Positions 42,390-51,151 of a DNA stretch of 64,000 bases are shown piece by piece. The first letter of the stretch is position 1; every line of letters starts with the position of its first letter. The DNA comes from Sphaerochaetaceae bacterium. GTDB lineage: Bacteria; Spirochaetota; Spirochaetia; Sphaerochaetales; Sphaerochaetaceae. Location of the stretch: assembly GCA_045116915.1 (NCBI GenBank), contig JBGUMQ010000035.1:2242-66241 (forward strand), in the 5' to 3' direction. The position numbers and the translations under genes were made by a program. Below the pieces are notes generated by a model. It was not told the DNA's origin and searched no databases. It saw only the letters and a program-made list of their open reading frames with translations.

Positions 42390-43961
42390 ATGAAGAAAGC
42401 ACTTATTGTTCTTCTTGTTGCTCTGGTTGCCTGCACGGCAGTCTTCGCTCAGGGCACAACAGAGGCAAAGACAGAGAGCAAGGGTCCCGTGACCATCACG
42501 ATGCTCTATGCCGCAACACAGACAGAGGTCGGCGGACTTCCCGATGACTGGGCAGGATACCAGATCCTCAGGGACAAGTTGGGTATCGACCTCCAGCTCC
42601 AGATGCTTCCGTCAGCTTCATCCGACCAGGACCTGACAGTCAGAGCCATGGCCGCTGTAGACGAGCTTCCCGATTTCATCACAGTCTCCAGAACAGTCTG
42701 GGCAGACCTCGTGAAGCAGGGATTCTTCTATGATGTCACTGACGACTTCGCCAAGATGCCCGAGAGAAGCAAGGTCATGTTCGGCGATTCATCGAAGGCT
42801 TTCACCACATATAACGGCAGAATCTACGGTTTCGCAACCCCGTCCGCATATGCAGGAAACGAAGGTCTCCTGGTCAGGAAGGACTGGCTGGACAATCTCG
42901 GCCTCGCAGCTCCCACCACACTGGATGAGCTCTACGATGTCCTCTATGCATTCACCTACAACGATCCCGACGGAAACGGCAAGAACGATACATACGGCTA
43001 CGGCGCATTCGTCGAGGAGTATGTCGCTTACGAAGCATATCCCGGAAGAAGGTTCGAGCCTCTGATGGGTGCATTCGGAGTCGAGGGAACATGGAACATG
43101 AGCGCCGACAACTTCGGTCTCAAGATCCACGACCCCGCTTACTACGACTGGATGGTGTTCTTCAAGAAGATCATCGACAACGGTCTGATCGATCCCAACT
43201 GGCAGTCCTACAAGAAGGACGACTTCAGAGCTGCATGGAAGCAGGGTAAGTTCGGTGTCTTCAGAGAGCAGAACTCCGCTTATGCTTCTGAGAACAACTA
43301 CAGCCCGTTCGATGCCAACTTCCCCAACGGCAGTTTCATCGTCGTCGACGCTCCTGTCGGACCCAACGGCAAGAACTCCGTCGGTCCTCTCGTAGAGGGC
43401 TTCAGGATCTTCGCCATCAACGCCGACGTAAGCCAGGAAGTCCATGACAAGATCATCGAGATGTTCGAGTGGATGTCCTATGGCGAGGGCTACATGCTCT
43501 GCGGTTACGGTATGGAAGGTGTCAACTACATCCTGGACGAGAATGGACTTCCGCAGTCGGATGAGAGCCTCGGCGACCTCGGATACAACAAGTCCGGCGG
43601 ACAGAGATACATCCAGCTCAGGAACAGTTCCTTCAACTATAACAACGCCACCGAGACGGCACTGCGCTATCCCGGATACATCACGAAGGTCTCACAGAAG
43701 TACATGAGCGCCGGTGATGTCCTCATCGAGATGCAGGGCAAGACATGGACCAGGACACCCGGACAGAACAGCATGCCGGCTCCTGAGAGCACCGATGTCT
43801 ACACATTCTACATGCAGGGTATTGCCGAATTCCTGAACGGAAAGACTCCTCTCACGGAGGCCAACTGGAAGGCATTCGTCGAGCAGTTCGACAAGATCGG
43901 CGGTCTCGCATGGGAGCAGGCCGGTTACCAGTATGCCAAGGAGAACGGATATCTTCTGTAA
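42390..43961 (+). CDS. Extracellular solute-binding protein (large LplA-type, oligosaccharide-binding)
   Basis: Signal peptide MKKALIVLLVALVACTAVFAQG, 523 aa, SBP family-1-like. It lies downstream of the two permeases. Confidence 0.8.
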   Translation: MKKALIVLLVALVACTAVFAQGTTEAKTESKGPVTITMLYAATQTEVGGLPDDWAGYQILRDKLGIDLQLQMLPSASSDQDLTVRAMAAVDELPDFITVSRTVWADLVKQGFFYDVTDDFAKMPERSKVMFGDSSKAFTTYNGRIYGFATPSAYAGNEGLLVRKDWLDNLGLAAPTTLDELYDVLYAFTYNDPDGNGKNDTYGYGAFVEEYVAYEAYPGRRFEPLMGAFGVEGTWNMSADNFGLKIHDPAYYDWMVFFKKIIDNGLIDPNWQSYKKDDFRAAWKQGKFGVFREQNSAYASENNYSPFDANFPNGSFIVVDAPVGPNGKNSVGPLVEGFRIFAINADVSQEVHDKIIEMFEWMSYGEGYMLCGYGMEGVNYILDENGLPQSDESLGDLGYNKSGGQRYIQLRNSSFNYNNATETALRYPGYITKVSQKYMSAGDVLIEMQGKTWTRTPGQNSMPAPESTDVYTFYMQGIAEFLNGKTPLTEANWKAFVEQFDKIGGLAWEQAGYQYAKENGYLL

Positions 43962-44003
43962 TCTTGCGAAAGAAAACGATACAGGAGTCTGAACTGACTA
44001 TAC

Positions 44004-44036
44004 GGGGCTGCGGTTGCATGCCGCAGCCCTTTTTTT
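44004..44036 (+). terminator. Rho-independent terminator after the ABC importer genes
   Basis: gggctgcgg (44005-13) pairs with ccgcagccc (44021-29) around a 7-nt loop, followed by T7. Confidence 0.75.
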
Positions 44037-44047
44037 GAAATCATCAC

Positions 44048-46489
44048 ATGATTGACGAAAGAAAGACAATGACAGAGCGTATGGCCCGTTCGGCCATGCT
44101 CAAATACAACACGCATAACACGAAATACAGCTACAAGTCCGCCATCATGCTGGAGGCTGTCTACAAGACCTCGCGCGTGCTTGATGACCAGGGCATGCTT
44201 GATTTCGTGAAGGGCTTCCTTGACTACTATGTCTCGGAAGACGGGTCCGTAAGGACATATGAACTCGAAGAATACAGCATGGACCAGGTGAGGATGGGCA
44301 ACATAATGCTCACATTCCTTTCCCTCACCGGTCAGGATAAATATAAAAAAGCCACGGATATGTTCTTCCGCCAGCTTCAGGGCCAGCCCAGGACACCGTC
44401 CGGCGGATACTGGCACAAGAAGCGCTACGAGAACCAGATGTGGCTGGACGGCCTTTTCATGCAGGGTCCGTTCAATGTCGCATACAGCATGGCATTCGGG
44501 GATCCTGAAAAGACCCTGGAGGATGTGGTCTCGCAGTTCGAGCTGGTCTATGCGAAGACATACGACCCCGCCACCGGACTGCTGAGGCATGCCTGGGACG
44601 AGTCCCGGAAGATGCCGTGGTGCGACCCGGTGACGGGACAGTCTGCTGAAGTCTGGTCCAGGGCCATGGGGTGGTATGTCTGGGCCATAGCGGACCTGCT
44701 CGAGGACATCCCGGCCACCGCTGCATTCGAACCTTTCCGCGCAAGGCTGCTTGCCCTCGGCAGGAAGATAGCTCCGGTCCTTCTGAAGTACCAGGATGCG
44801 GAAAGCGGGATGTGGTATCAGGTGATGGACAAGGGAGGGCAGGGCAGGAACTACCTGGAGACCTCATCGACCTCCATGTTCGTCTACTTCTTCGCGAAGA
44901 TGCACCGCCTGGGCTTCCTGGACGGATCGTATCTCGAGGCCGCCAGGCGCGCATTCGACGGGATGTGCGACCGTTTCGTGACGGTCGACGACTACGGCGA
45001 GGTGTACCTCCACAACGTCTGCAGGAGCGCCGGTCTTGGAAGGGCGGAGGATACAAACCCCTACAGACCCGGTGATTTCAAGTACTACACCGAGACCGAG
45101 AAGCGCATCACCGACAATCTCCACGGGGTGGCTCCGTTCATCCACGCGGCGATAGAGCTCGAGTTCCCCGCACAGATGAACAGGGGAAGATATGTACTCG
45201 GAAAAGGTGAGGATATCGGAAAGGCTCTTGAAGAGCATGCATACAAGGATGCCGTCGTCATTCCGAAGGGATCGTACCGCTGCGGACCTGTAAGCATCCC
45301 GGCACATACGCATCTGATATTCGAGGAAGGCGCCGTTCTGGATTTCACCGACGATTTCGACGCCTATCCCCCGGTCTGGACACGCTGGGAAGGCGTGTAC
45401 TGCTGGGCAATGCATCCGTGTTTCCTGATCAAGGACGCCACAGATGTCGTGATCGAAGGACCGGGAGTCCTCGACGGCCACGGTGAGAAGTGGTGGAACC
45501 ACATCATGGAGTGGAAGACGGGAGGAAGGCCTGTCGGTCCGGTGCTGGACTGCGAGAAGAGGCTTGCGGAACTCAACAAAGGCTTCAGGTCCGAGCCGGA
45601 GGGTGGTGGCGGAAGGCCCTGCCAGTTCCTCAGACCCGCGTTGCTCCAGATACTCAATTCGGACAATGTAAGGGTCCAGGGCCTCAAGCTGGTCAGAAGC
45701 CCGTTCTGGACGGTCCATCCCATCTGCACTACGAACCTGGCACTCAGGAACATCGTCATAGACAACCCGTATGATTCTCCCAACACGGACGGCATAGACA
45801 TCGAGTCCTGCGTGAACGTCGAGGTCAGAGGTTGCGATGTGAACGTCGGTGATGACGGAATAGCCGTGAAATGCGGAAGCGGTAAGGAAATGATGGACTT
45901 CCAGCGCTCCGAGGACATCGTTGTGGAGGACTGCACCGTCAGAGGTGCCCACGGCGGATTCGTCATAGGCAGCGAGACCGCCAGCGGTGTCAAGTGGGCG
46001 GTCGTGCGCAACTGCCGCTTCATCGGAACCGACAGGGGCATCAGGATCAAGACCAGGAGGAAGCGCGGCGGCGTGATGTGCGACATCGAGGCCACGGACA
46101 TCTACATGGAGAATGTGATCTGCCCCGTTTCAATCAACATGTTCTACCACTGCGGAAGCGACGAGCCGGGTCTCTACTCGCTCGAGAAGCAGCCTGTCAC
46201 TGAGGACACACCGAGGATCGCCAATGTGAAGATAGAGAGGATAAAGGCCGTGGGATGCAGGAGCATGGCGGCTTTCCTTGCAGGTCTTCCGGAGGCTCCT
46301 CTGAAGAACATCGTGATCAGGGACAGCAGCTTCAACGTCTCGGACAAGGTCGAGCCGGGTCTCGAGGTCGAGATGTGCAGCGGTCTTCCCGAATCCGACT
46401 ACAGGGGAATCAGGGTCATCAACTCGGAGGCGGTCTTCGAGAACGTTGAAGTCAACGTCGAGCCTCCCGTTCTGTTCGAGAAGGTTTGA
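44048..46489 (+). CDS. Bifunctional GH105 (unsaturated rhamnogalacturonyl/galacturonyl hydrolase) plus GH28 (polygalacturonase-like) fusion; no signal peptide
   Basis: GH105-like motifs are YWHKKRYENQMWLDGLFM, SRAMGWYVWAI and ETSSTSMFVYFF. GH28 motifs are NTDGID, GDDGIAVK, GAHGGFVIGSE and RGIRIKT. Confidence 0.8.
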   Translation: MIDERKTMTERMARSAMLKYNTHNTKYSYKSAIMLEAVYKTSRVLDDQGMLDFVKGFLDYYVSEDGSVRTYELEEYSMDQVRMGNIMLTFLSLTGQDKYKKATDMFFRQLQGQPRTPSGGYWHKKRYENQMWLDGLFMQGPFNVAYSMAFGDPEKTLEDVVSQFELVYAKTYDPATGLLRHAWDESRKMPWCDPVTGQSAEVWSRAMGWYVWAIADLLEDIPATAAFEPFRARLLALGRKIAPVLLKYQDAESGMWYQVMDKGGQGRNYLETSSTSMFVYFFAKMHRLGFLDGSYLEAARRAFDGMCDRFVTVDDYGEVYLHNVCRSAGLGRAEDTNPYRPGDFKYYTETEKRITDNLHGVAPFIHAAIELEFPAQMNRGRYVLGKGEDIGKALEEHAYKDAVVIPKGSYRCGPVSIPAHTHLIFEEGAVLDFTDDFDAYPPVWTRWEGVYCWAMHPCFLIKDATDVVIEGPGVLDGHGEKWWNHIMEWKTGGRPVGPVLDCEKRLAELNKGFRSEPEGGGGRPCQFLRPALLQILNSDNVRVQGLKLVRSPFWTVHPICTTNLALRNIVIDNPYDSPNTDGIDIESCVNVEVRGCDVNVGDDGIAVKCGSGKEMMDFQRSEDIVVEDCTVRGAHGGFVIGSETASGVKWAVVRNCRFIGTDRGIRIKTRRKRGGVMCDIEATDIYMENVICPVSINMFYHCGSDEPGLYSLEKQPVTEDTPRIANVKIERIKAVGCRSMAAFLAGLPEAPLKNIVIRDSSFNVSDKVEPGLEVEMCSGLPESDYRGIRVINSEAVFENVEVNVEPPVLFEKV

Positions 46490-46498
46490 GGAGGGTTC

Positions 46499-47395
46499 AT
46501 GGACACTTCATTCATCAAAGGTATAATCCCGCCGATCGCGGTTCCGCTCAGGGACGACGAGAGATTCGATGAGGAAAGACTCCGCCGTCACGTGGACTTC
46601 GTCATCGACGGAGGTGTGAGCGCCATACTGGCCTTCGGCTCCAACGGCGAGTTCTACATGCAGGAAGAGGATGAGATGAAGGATATCCTCGACGTGATGA
46701 TGGACCAGGTTGCCGGTCGTGTTCCCGTTTTCATGGGAATCGGCGCAATCAGGACATCGAAATGCGTCAGGCTTGCGCGGATGGGAGTGGAGCACGGGGC
46801 AAAGGCCGTCTCGATCCTCCAGCCCATGTTCCTCAAGCCCACGGAGGATGAGCTGTACACCCATTTCAGGACAATTGCCGAAAGCGTGTCCGATGTTCCC
46901 GTCCTTCTCTACAACAATCCCGGAAGGACCGGCTACGGCATTCCCCAGACCGTTGTGGAGAGACTTGCCCACGAGGTGGACAACCTTGTCGGGATGAAGG
47001 ACAGCAGCGGCGACATCACGCAGACGGAGGAGTTCATCAGGCGCAATGCCGACGTGGGTTTCAAGGTCATGTGCGGGAAGGACACGCTGATCTACGCCGG
47101 ACTCTGCGTGGGAGCCGTGGGAGCCGTGTGCTGCATGGCGAACTTCGTCCCGAAGATGGTGTGCTCGATATACGACAGATTCGTCGCAGGGGACATGAAG
47201 GGCTCCCTGGAGGGACAGTTCGCCCTGAATCCGATCAGGCTTCAGATGGACAGGTCCAGTTTCCCGGTGGCCACGAAGGACTACGCGAATCTTCTTGGTC
47301 TGGAGCTCGGAGCCCCGTATCTTCCCACGAAGAACTCGACTCCGGAACAGCTTGAAGGTCTTAGGGAGCAGCTCGTAAAAGCGGGTCTGCTCTGA
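46499..47395 (+). CDS. DapA/NAL-family class I aldolase or dehydratase (dihydrodipicolinate synthase family)
   Basis: 298 aa. GIIPPIAVPL..DGGVSAILAFGSNGEF and LYNNPGRTG are typical of the DHDPS family. Substrate unknown. Confidence 0.7.
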   Translation: MDTSFIKGIIPPIAVPLRDDERFDEERLRRHVDFVIDGGVSAILAFGSNGEFYMQEEDEMKDILDVMMDQVAGRVPVFMGIGAIRTSKCVRLARMGVEHGAKAVSILQPMFLKPTEDELYTHFRTIAESVSDVPVLLYNNPGRTGYGIPQTVVERLAHEVDNLVGMKDSSGDITQTEEFIRRNADVGFKVMCGKDTLIYAGLCVGAVGAVCCMANFVPKMVCSIYDRFVAGDMKGSLEGQFALNPIRLQMDRSSFPVATKDYANLLGLELGAPYLPTKNSTPEQLEGLREQLVKAGLL

Positions 47396-47426
47396 TTGTA
47401 TTGATTTTCATTTGAGAGGTGATCAT

Positions 47427-48311
47427 ATGAAGGTAGGTTTCATCGGACTGGGCATCATGGGAAAGCCCATGTGCAAGAACATCATAAAGGCCGGACACGA
47501 GGTCTCGTTCTACTCGAGACATTCCGATGTCACGGCTGAACTCGAGGCTCTGGGAGCAAAGGGCAAGGCAAGCGCCGCCGAAGTCGCTGCAGACAGCGAA
47601 GTCGTCATCACCATGGTCCCGAACAGCCCGCAGGTACGCGAGGTCGCGCTCGGAAAGGGCGGAATCACCGAGGGTGCGAAGAAGGGCCTTGTAGTCATAG
47701 ACATGAGCTCGATCGACCCGGTCGAGACACAGAGCATCGGCGCAGAGCTTGCAAAGCACGGGATCGAGATGATAGATGCTCCCGTTTCCGGCGGTGAGCC
47801 GAAGGCAATCGACGGAACCCTTTCCGTTATGGCCGGCGGCAAGGAAGAGCTGATCGAGAAGTACAGACCGCTTCTCAGCACAATGGCGGCATCGGTGGTC
47901 CGTTGCGGCGATCTTGGCGCAGGAAATGTGGCCAAGCTCGCGAACCAGATTGTCGTTGCATGCAACATCGCTGCAATGAGCGAGGCTTTGGCTTTCTCGA
48001 AGAAGATGGGTGCGGACCCGTCGCTGATCTATCAGGCCATCAGGGGAGGACTGGCAGGTTCGACGGTTCTGGATGCCAAGGCGCCGATGGTCCTTTCAAG
48101 GAACTTCAAGCCGGGCTTCAGGATCGAGCTCCACATCAAGGACCTGACCAATGCGCTGAACGCCGCCCACGCCGTCAACGGCTATGTCCCCCTCACGGGC
48201 CAGGTCATGGAGATGATGCAGGCCCTGAAGGCCGACGGTTGCGGCAAGGACGACCACAGCGCCCTTGCGAAGTTCTACGAGAAGATATCGAACGTGACCA
48301 TACAGAAATGA
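47427..48311 (+). CDS. garR: 2-hydroxy-3-oxopropionate (tartronate semialdehyde) reductase
   Basis: The sequence is near-colinear with E. coli GarR as I recall it: MKVGFIGLGIMGKPM.., DAPVSGGEPKAIDGTLSVM, AIRGGLAGSTVLDAKAPMV and NFKPGFRI.LHIKDL. Confidence 0.82.
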   Translation: MKVGFIGLGIMGKPMCKNIIKAGHEVSFYSRHSDVTAELEALGAKGKASAAEVAADSEVVITMVPNSPQVREVALGKGGITEGAKKGLVVIDMSSIDPVETQSIGAELAKHGIEMIDAPVSGGEPKAIDGTLSVMAGGKEELIEKYRPLLSTMAASVVRCGDLGAGNVAKLANQIVVACNIAAMSEALAFSKKMGADPSLIYQAIRGGLAGSTVLDAKAPMVLSRNFKPGFRIELHIKDLTNALNAAHAVNGYVPLTGQVMEMMQALKADGCGKDDHSALAKFYEKISNVTIQK

Positions 48312-48321
48312 GAGAGACACA

Positions 48322-49830
48322 ATGAAAGTCGTCAGGATTTCGGAACTGGACAACGTTGCCGTTGTGACGGCACCCGCGGCGAAGGGAGAACCTGCCGAGG
48401 GCTTCGGGATCAGCGCGCTCTGCGACATCCCCCAGGGACACAAGATCGCCCTGAGGAGGATCGAGAAGGGTGAACCTGTCATCCGCTACGGCGTTGTCCT
48501 TGGCTATATGACGGAGACCGTCGAGGCCGGAGGCTGGATCAACGAGTTCAATCTGACATTGCCGCCGTCACCGGCGGTCGAGGACCTCATTCCCGGCGGA
48601 AAGGGCACGGTCATGACTGACCTCCCCGAGCGCCGGACGTGGATGGGATACGACAACGGTCCGGATCTTCCTCCGGGAAGCCGCAACATACTGGGGATAA
48701 TCACATCAGTACAGTGCGTGGCGGGTGTGGTCAGGAACGCCGTCGACAGGATCAGGTGTGAGATACTTCCCCAGTATCCGAACGTGGACGGCGTCGCCGC
48801 CGTGGTCCATCCGTACGGATGCGGTGTGGCCATCAAGGCCGACGATGCGGATATACCGATCAGAAGCGTACGCAACATCGCCCACCATCCGAATTTCGGC
48901 GGCCAGATACTGGCAGTCGGGCTGGGGTGCGAGAAACTGACCATGGACATGATACTGGAGCCGGAGGAGATCACTCCGGAAAACGTCATCATGCTCCAGG
49001 AATGCCAGGGCTACGAAGCCATGATCGATGCCATCTGTTCGGCCGCAAGGAGGAAACTCGAGGTCCTGAACAGGCGCAGAAGGGTCCTTCTTCCGGTCTC
49101 CCGACTCAGGATCGGTGCCCAGTGCGGAGGATCCGATGCATTCAGTGGAGTGTCCGCAAACCCGACCATAGGCTACGCTTTCGATATGTTCGCGGCTCTT
49201 GGGGCCACCGTTCTGTTCTCAGAGGTCACAGAGGTCCGCGACGGAGTGCACCTCCTGGCCGAACGGTGTTCCGACAGCGGGACAGTGGAAAGGCTCAAGA
49301 AGGAGATATCCTGGTACGACAGGTATCTGGAGAGGAGCCACGTGGACAGAAGCGCCAATCCGGCCCCCGGCAACAAGAAGGGCGGCCTGAGCAACATAGT
49401 GGAGAAGGCCATGGGCTCGATCGCCAAGAGCGGCCATTCACCCATCAACGGGGTCATCGGCCCCGGAGAGATTCCGACTTGCAACGGGATGGTCTTTGCG
49501 GCCACACCGGCATCGGACATCGTCTGCGGACCGAGCCAGCTGGCATCGGGAATCGTGCTTCAGCTTTTCAGCACCGGACGCGGAACGCCCTACGGGCTCC
49601 AGGAAATCCCGGTGTTCAAGATCTGCACCCAGCATTCGATGAAACAGAAGTGGCCCGACCTGTTCGATCTCGATGCAGGTCCGGTCGTCACAGGAGAGAA
49701 AACGATCGCGGAACTCGGTCATGAGCTCTACGGAAGGATCCTCGATGTTCTTGAAGGCGAGAAGACCTGTGCGGAGAAGTACGGGCTCTACAACGACTTC
49801 ATAGTCTTCAATCCGGCACCGATCACGTGA
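48322..49830 (+). CDS. UxaA/GarD-family dehydratase (galactarate dehydratase-like; altronate dehydratase not excluded)
   Basis: An SAF N-terminal domain is present. IPQGHKIALRRIEKGEPVIRYGVVLGY..GGWINE resembles E. coli GarD more than UxaA, judged from memory. Confidence 0.7.
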   Translation: MKVVRISELDNVAVVTAPAAKGEPAEGFGISALCDIPQGHKIALRRIEKGEPVIRYGVVLGYMTETVEAGGWINEFNLTLPPSPAVEDLIPGGKGTVMTDLPERRTWMGYDNGPDLPPGSRNILGIITSVQCVAGVVRNAVDRIRCEILPQYPNVDGVAAVVHPYGCGVAIKADDADIPIRSVRNIAHHPNFGGQILAVGLGCEKLTMDMILEPEEITPENVIMLQECQGYEAMIDAICSAARRKLEVLNRRRRVLLPVSRLRIGAQCGGSDAFSGVSANPTIGYAFDMFAALGATVLFSEVTEVRDGVHLLAERCSDSGTVERLKKEISWYDRYLERSHVDRSANPAPGNKKGGLSNIVEKAMGSIAKSGHSPINGVIGPGEIPTCNGMVFAATPASDIVCGPSQLASGIVLQLFSTGRGTPYGLQEIPVFKICTQHSMKQKWPDLFDLDAGPVVTGEKTIAELGHELYGRILDVLEGEKTCAEKYGLYNDFIVFNPAPIT

Positions 49831-49849
49831 TTCTTACTTGGAGGGACAT

Positions 49850-51136
49850 ATGGGAATCAGAAGATACGCGCAGGTAGGCACGGGCGGAAGGGCCCGCATG
49901 TATTATGAGGCTGTGGCTTCCAGATACCGTGACATCGCACAGATGGTCGGTTTCTGCGACCAGAGCCGGACAAGGATGGACTACGCGAACGGCAGGCTGG
50001 AAGAGCTCGGAGCCGGCAAGGTCCCGACCTATCTTCCCCATGAGTTCGAGAAGATGATCGCAGAGACCCATCCGGACATCGTGATCGTCACATCCGTGGA
50101 CCGCACGCACGACGACTACATCTGCCGTGCCATGGAGGCCGGATGCGATGTCATAACGGAAAAGCCCCTGACGATCGACGAGAGGAAAGCCCAGCGCATA
50201 ATCGATACTCAGAAGAAGACGGGCCGCCACATACGTGTGACGTTCAACTACCGCTATGCCCCGTACCACACGAAGGTCCGCGAGCTGATCCGCGACGGAG
50301 CGATCGGGACTCCCACCTCCGTACATTTCGAGTGGCTTCTGAACACGCAGCACGGTGCCGACTACTACAGGCGCTGGCACCGCAACAAGTACAACAGCGG
50401 AGGCCTTCTGGTCCACAAGGCGACGCACCATTTCGACCTGGTGAATTTCTGGCTCGGAACGGAGCCCGAGACGGTCTTCGGATTCGGAGCCCTGGACTTC
50501 TACGGAAGGGCGGCTGCCGAGCGGCGTGGGGTGGAGAAGTTCTACTACCGCTGCCATGGAAGCGAGGAAGCGAAGGGCGACCCGTTCGCGATCGACCTCG
50601 AGTCCAATCCGACCCTCAAGGCGCTCTATCTCGATGCCGAGGCTGACAGCGGATACATCCGCGACAGAAGCGTATTCTCGGATGACATAAGCATCGAGGA
50701 CACGATGAACCTGGTCGTGCGTTACAAGAACGGTGCCCAGATGTCGTATTCGCTCACGTCCTACATGCCTTGGGAGGGCTTCAACGTCTCGTTCAACGGT
50801 ACTGCCGGAAGAATCGAGTACCAGAGTGTGGAGAAACCCTACATCAACGCCGGCGGAGAGAAAAAGGACGAGGGTGCCACCAAGTTCAGCAGAATCCGCG
50901 TTTGTCCGATGTTCGCCGAACCCTATGAGGTTCCGGTGAAGACGGGCGAGGGCGGCCACGGCGGCGGAGACCCGGTAATGCTTGACGACATCTTCCTTGA
51001 GAACCCGCCCTACGACGAGTTCCACAGGGCCGCTGACTTCCATGACGGAGTGAAGTCGATCCTCACAGGAATTGCCGCGAACAAGAGCATTGCTTCCGGA
51101 ATGCCGGTACAGATTGACAGTCTGATCCGCTGGTAG
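49850..51136 (+). CDS. Gfo/Idh/MocA family NAD(P)-dependent oxidoreductase
   Basis: Rossmann N-terminus IRRYAQVGTGGRARMY, EKP motif (VITEKPLT) and GGLLVHKATHHFD. The ATG at 49850 follows GGAGGG. Confidence 0.8.
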   Translation: MGIRRYAQVGTGGRARMYYEAVASRYRDIAQMVGFCDQSRTRMDYANGRLEELGAGKVPTYLPHEFEKMIAETHPDIVIVTSVDRTHDDYICRAMEAGCDVITEKPLTIDERKAQRIIDTQKKTGRHIRVTFNYRYAPYHTKVRELIRDGAIGTPTSVHFEWLLNTQHGADYYRRWHRNKYNSGGLLVHKATHHFDLVNFWLGTEPETVFGFGALDFYGRAAAERRGVEKFYYRCHGSEEAKGDPFAIDLESNPTLKALYLDAEADSGYIRDRSVFSDDISIEDTMNLVVRYKNGAQMSYSLTSYMPWEGFNVSFNGTAGRIEYQSVEKPYINAGGEKKDEGATKFSRIRVCPMFAEPYEVPVKTGEGGHGGGDPVMLDDIFLENPPYDEFHRAADFHDGVKSILTGIAANKSIASGMPVQIDSLIRW

Positions 51137-51151
51137 GGGCCGGAAAACGAT

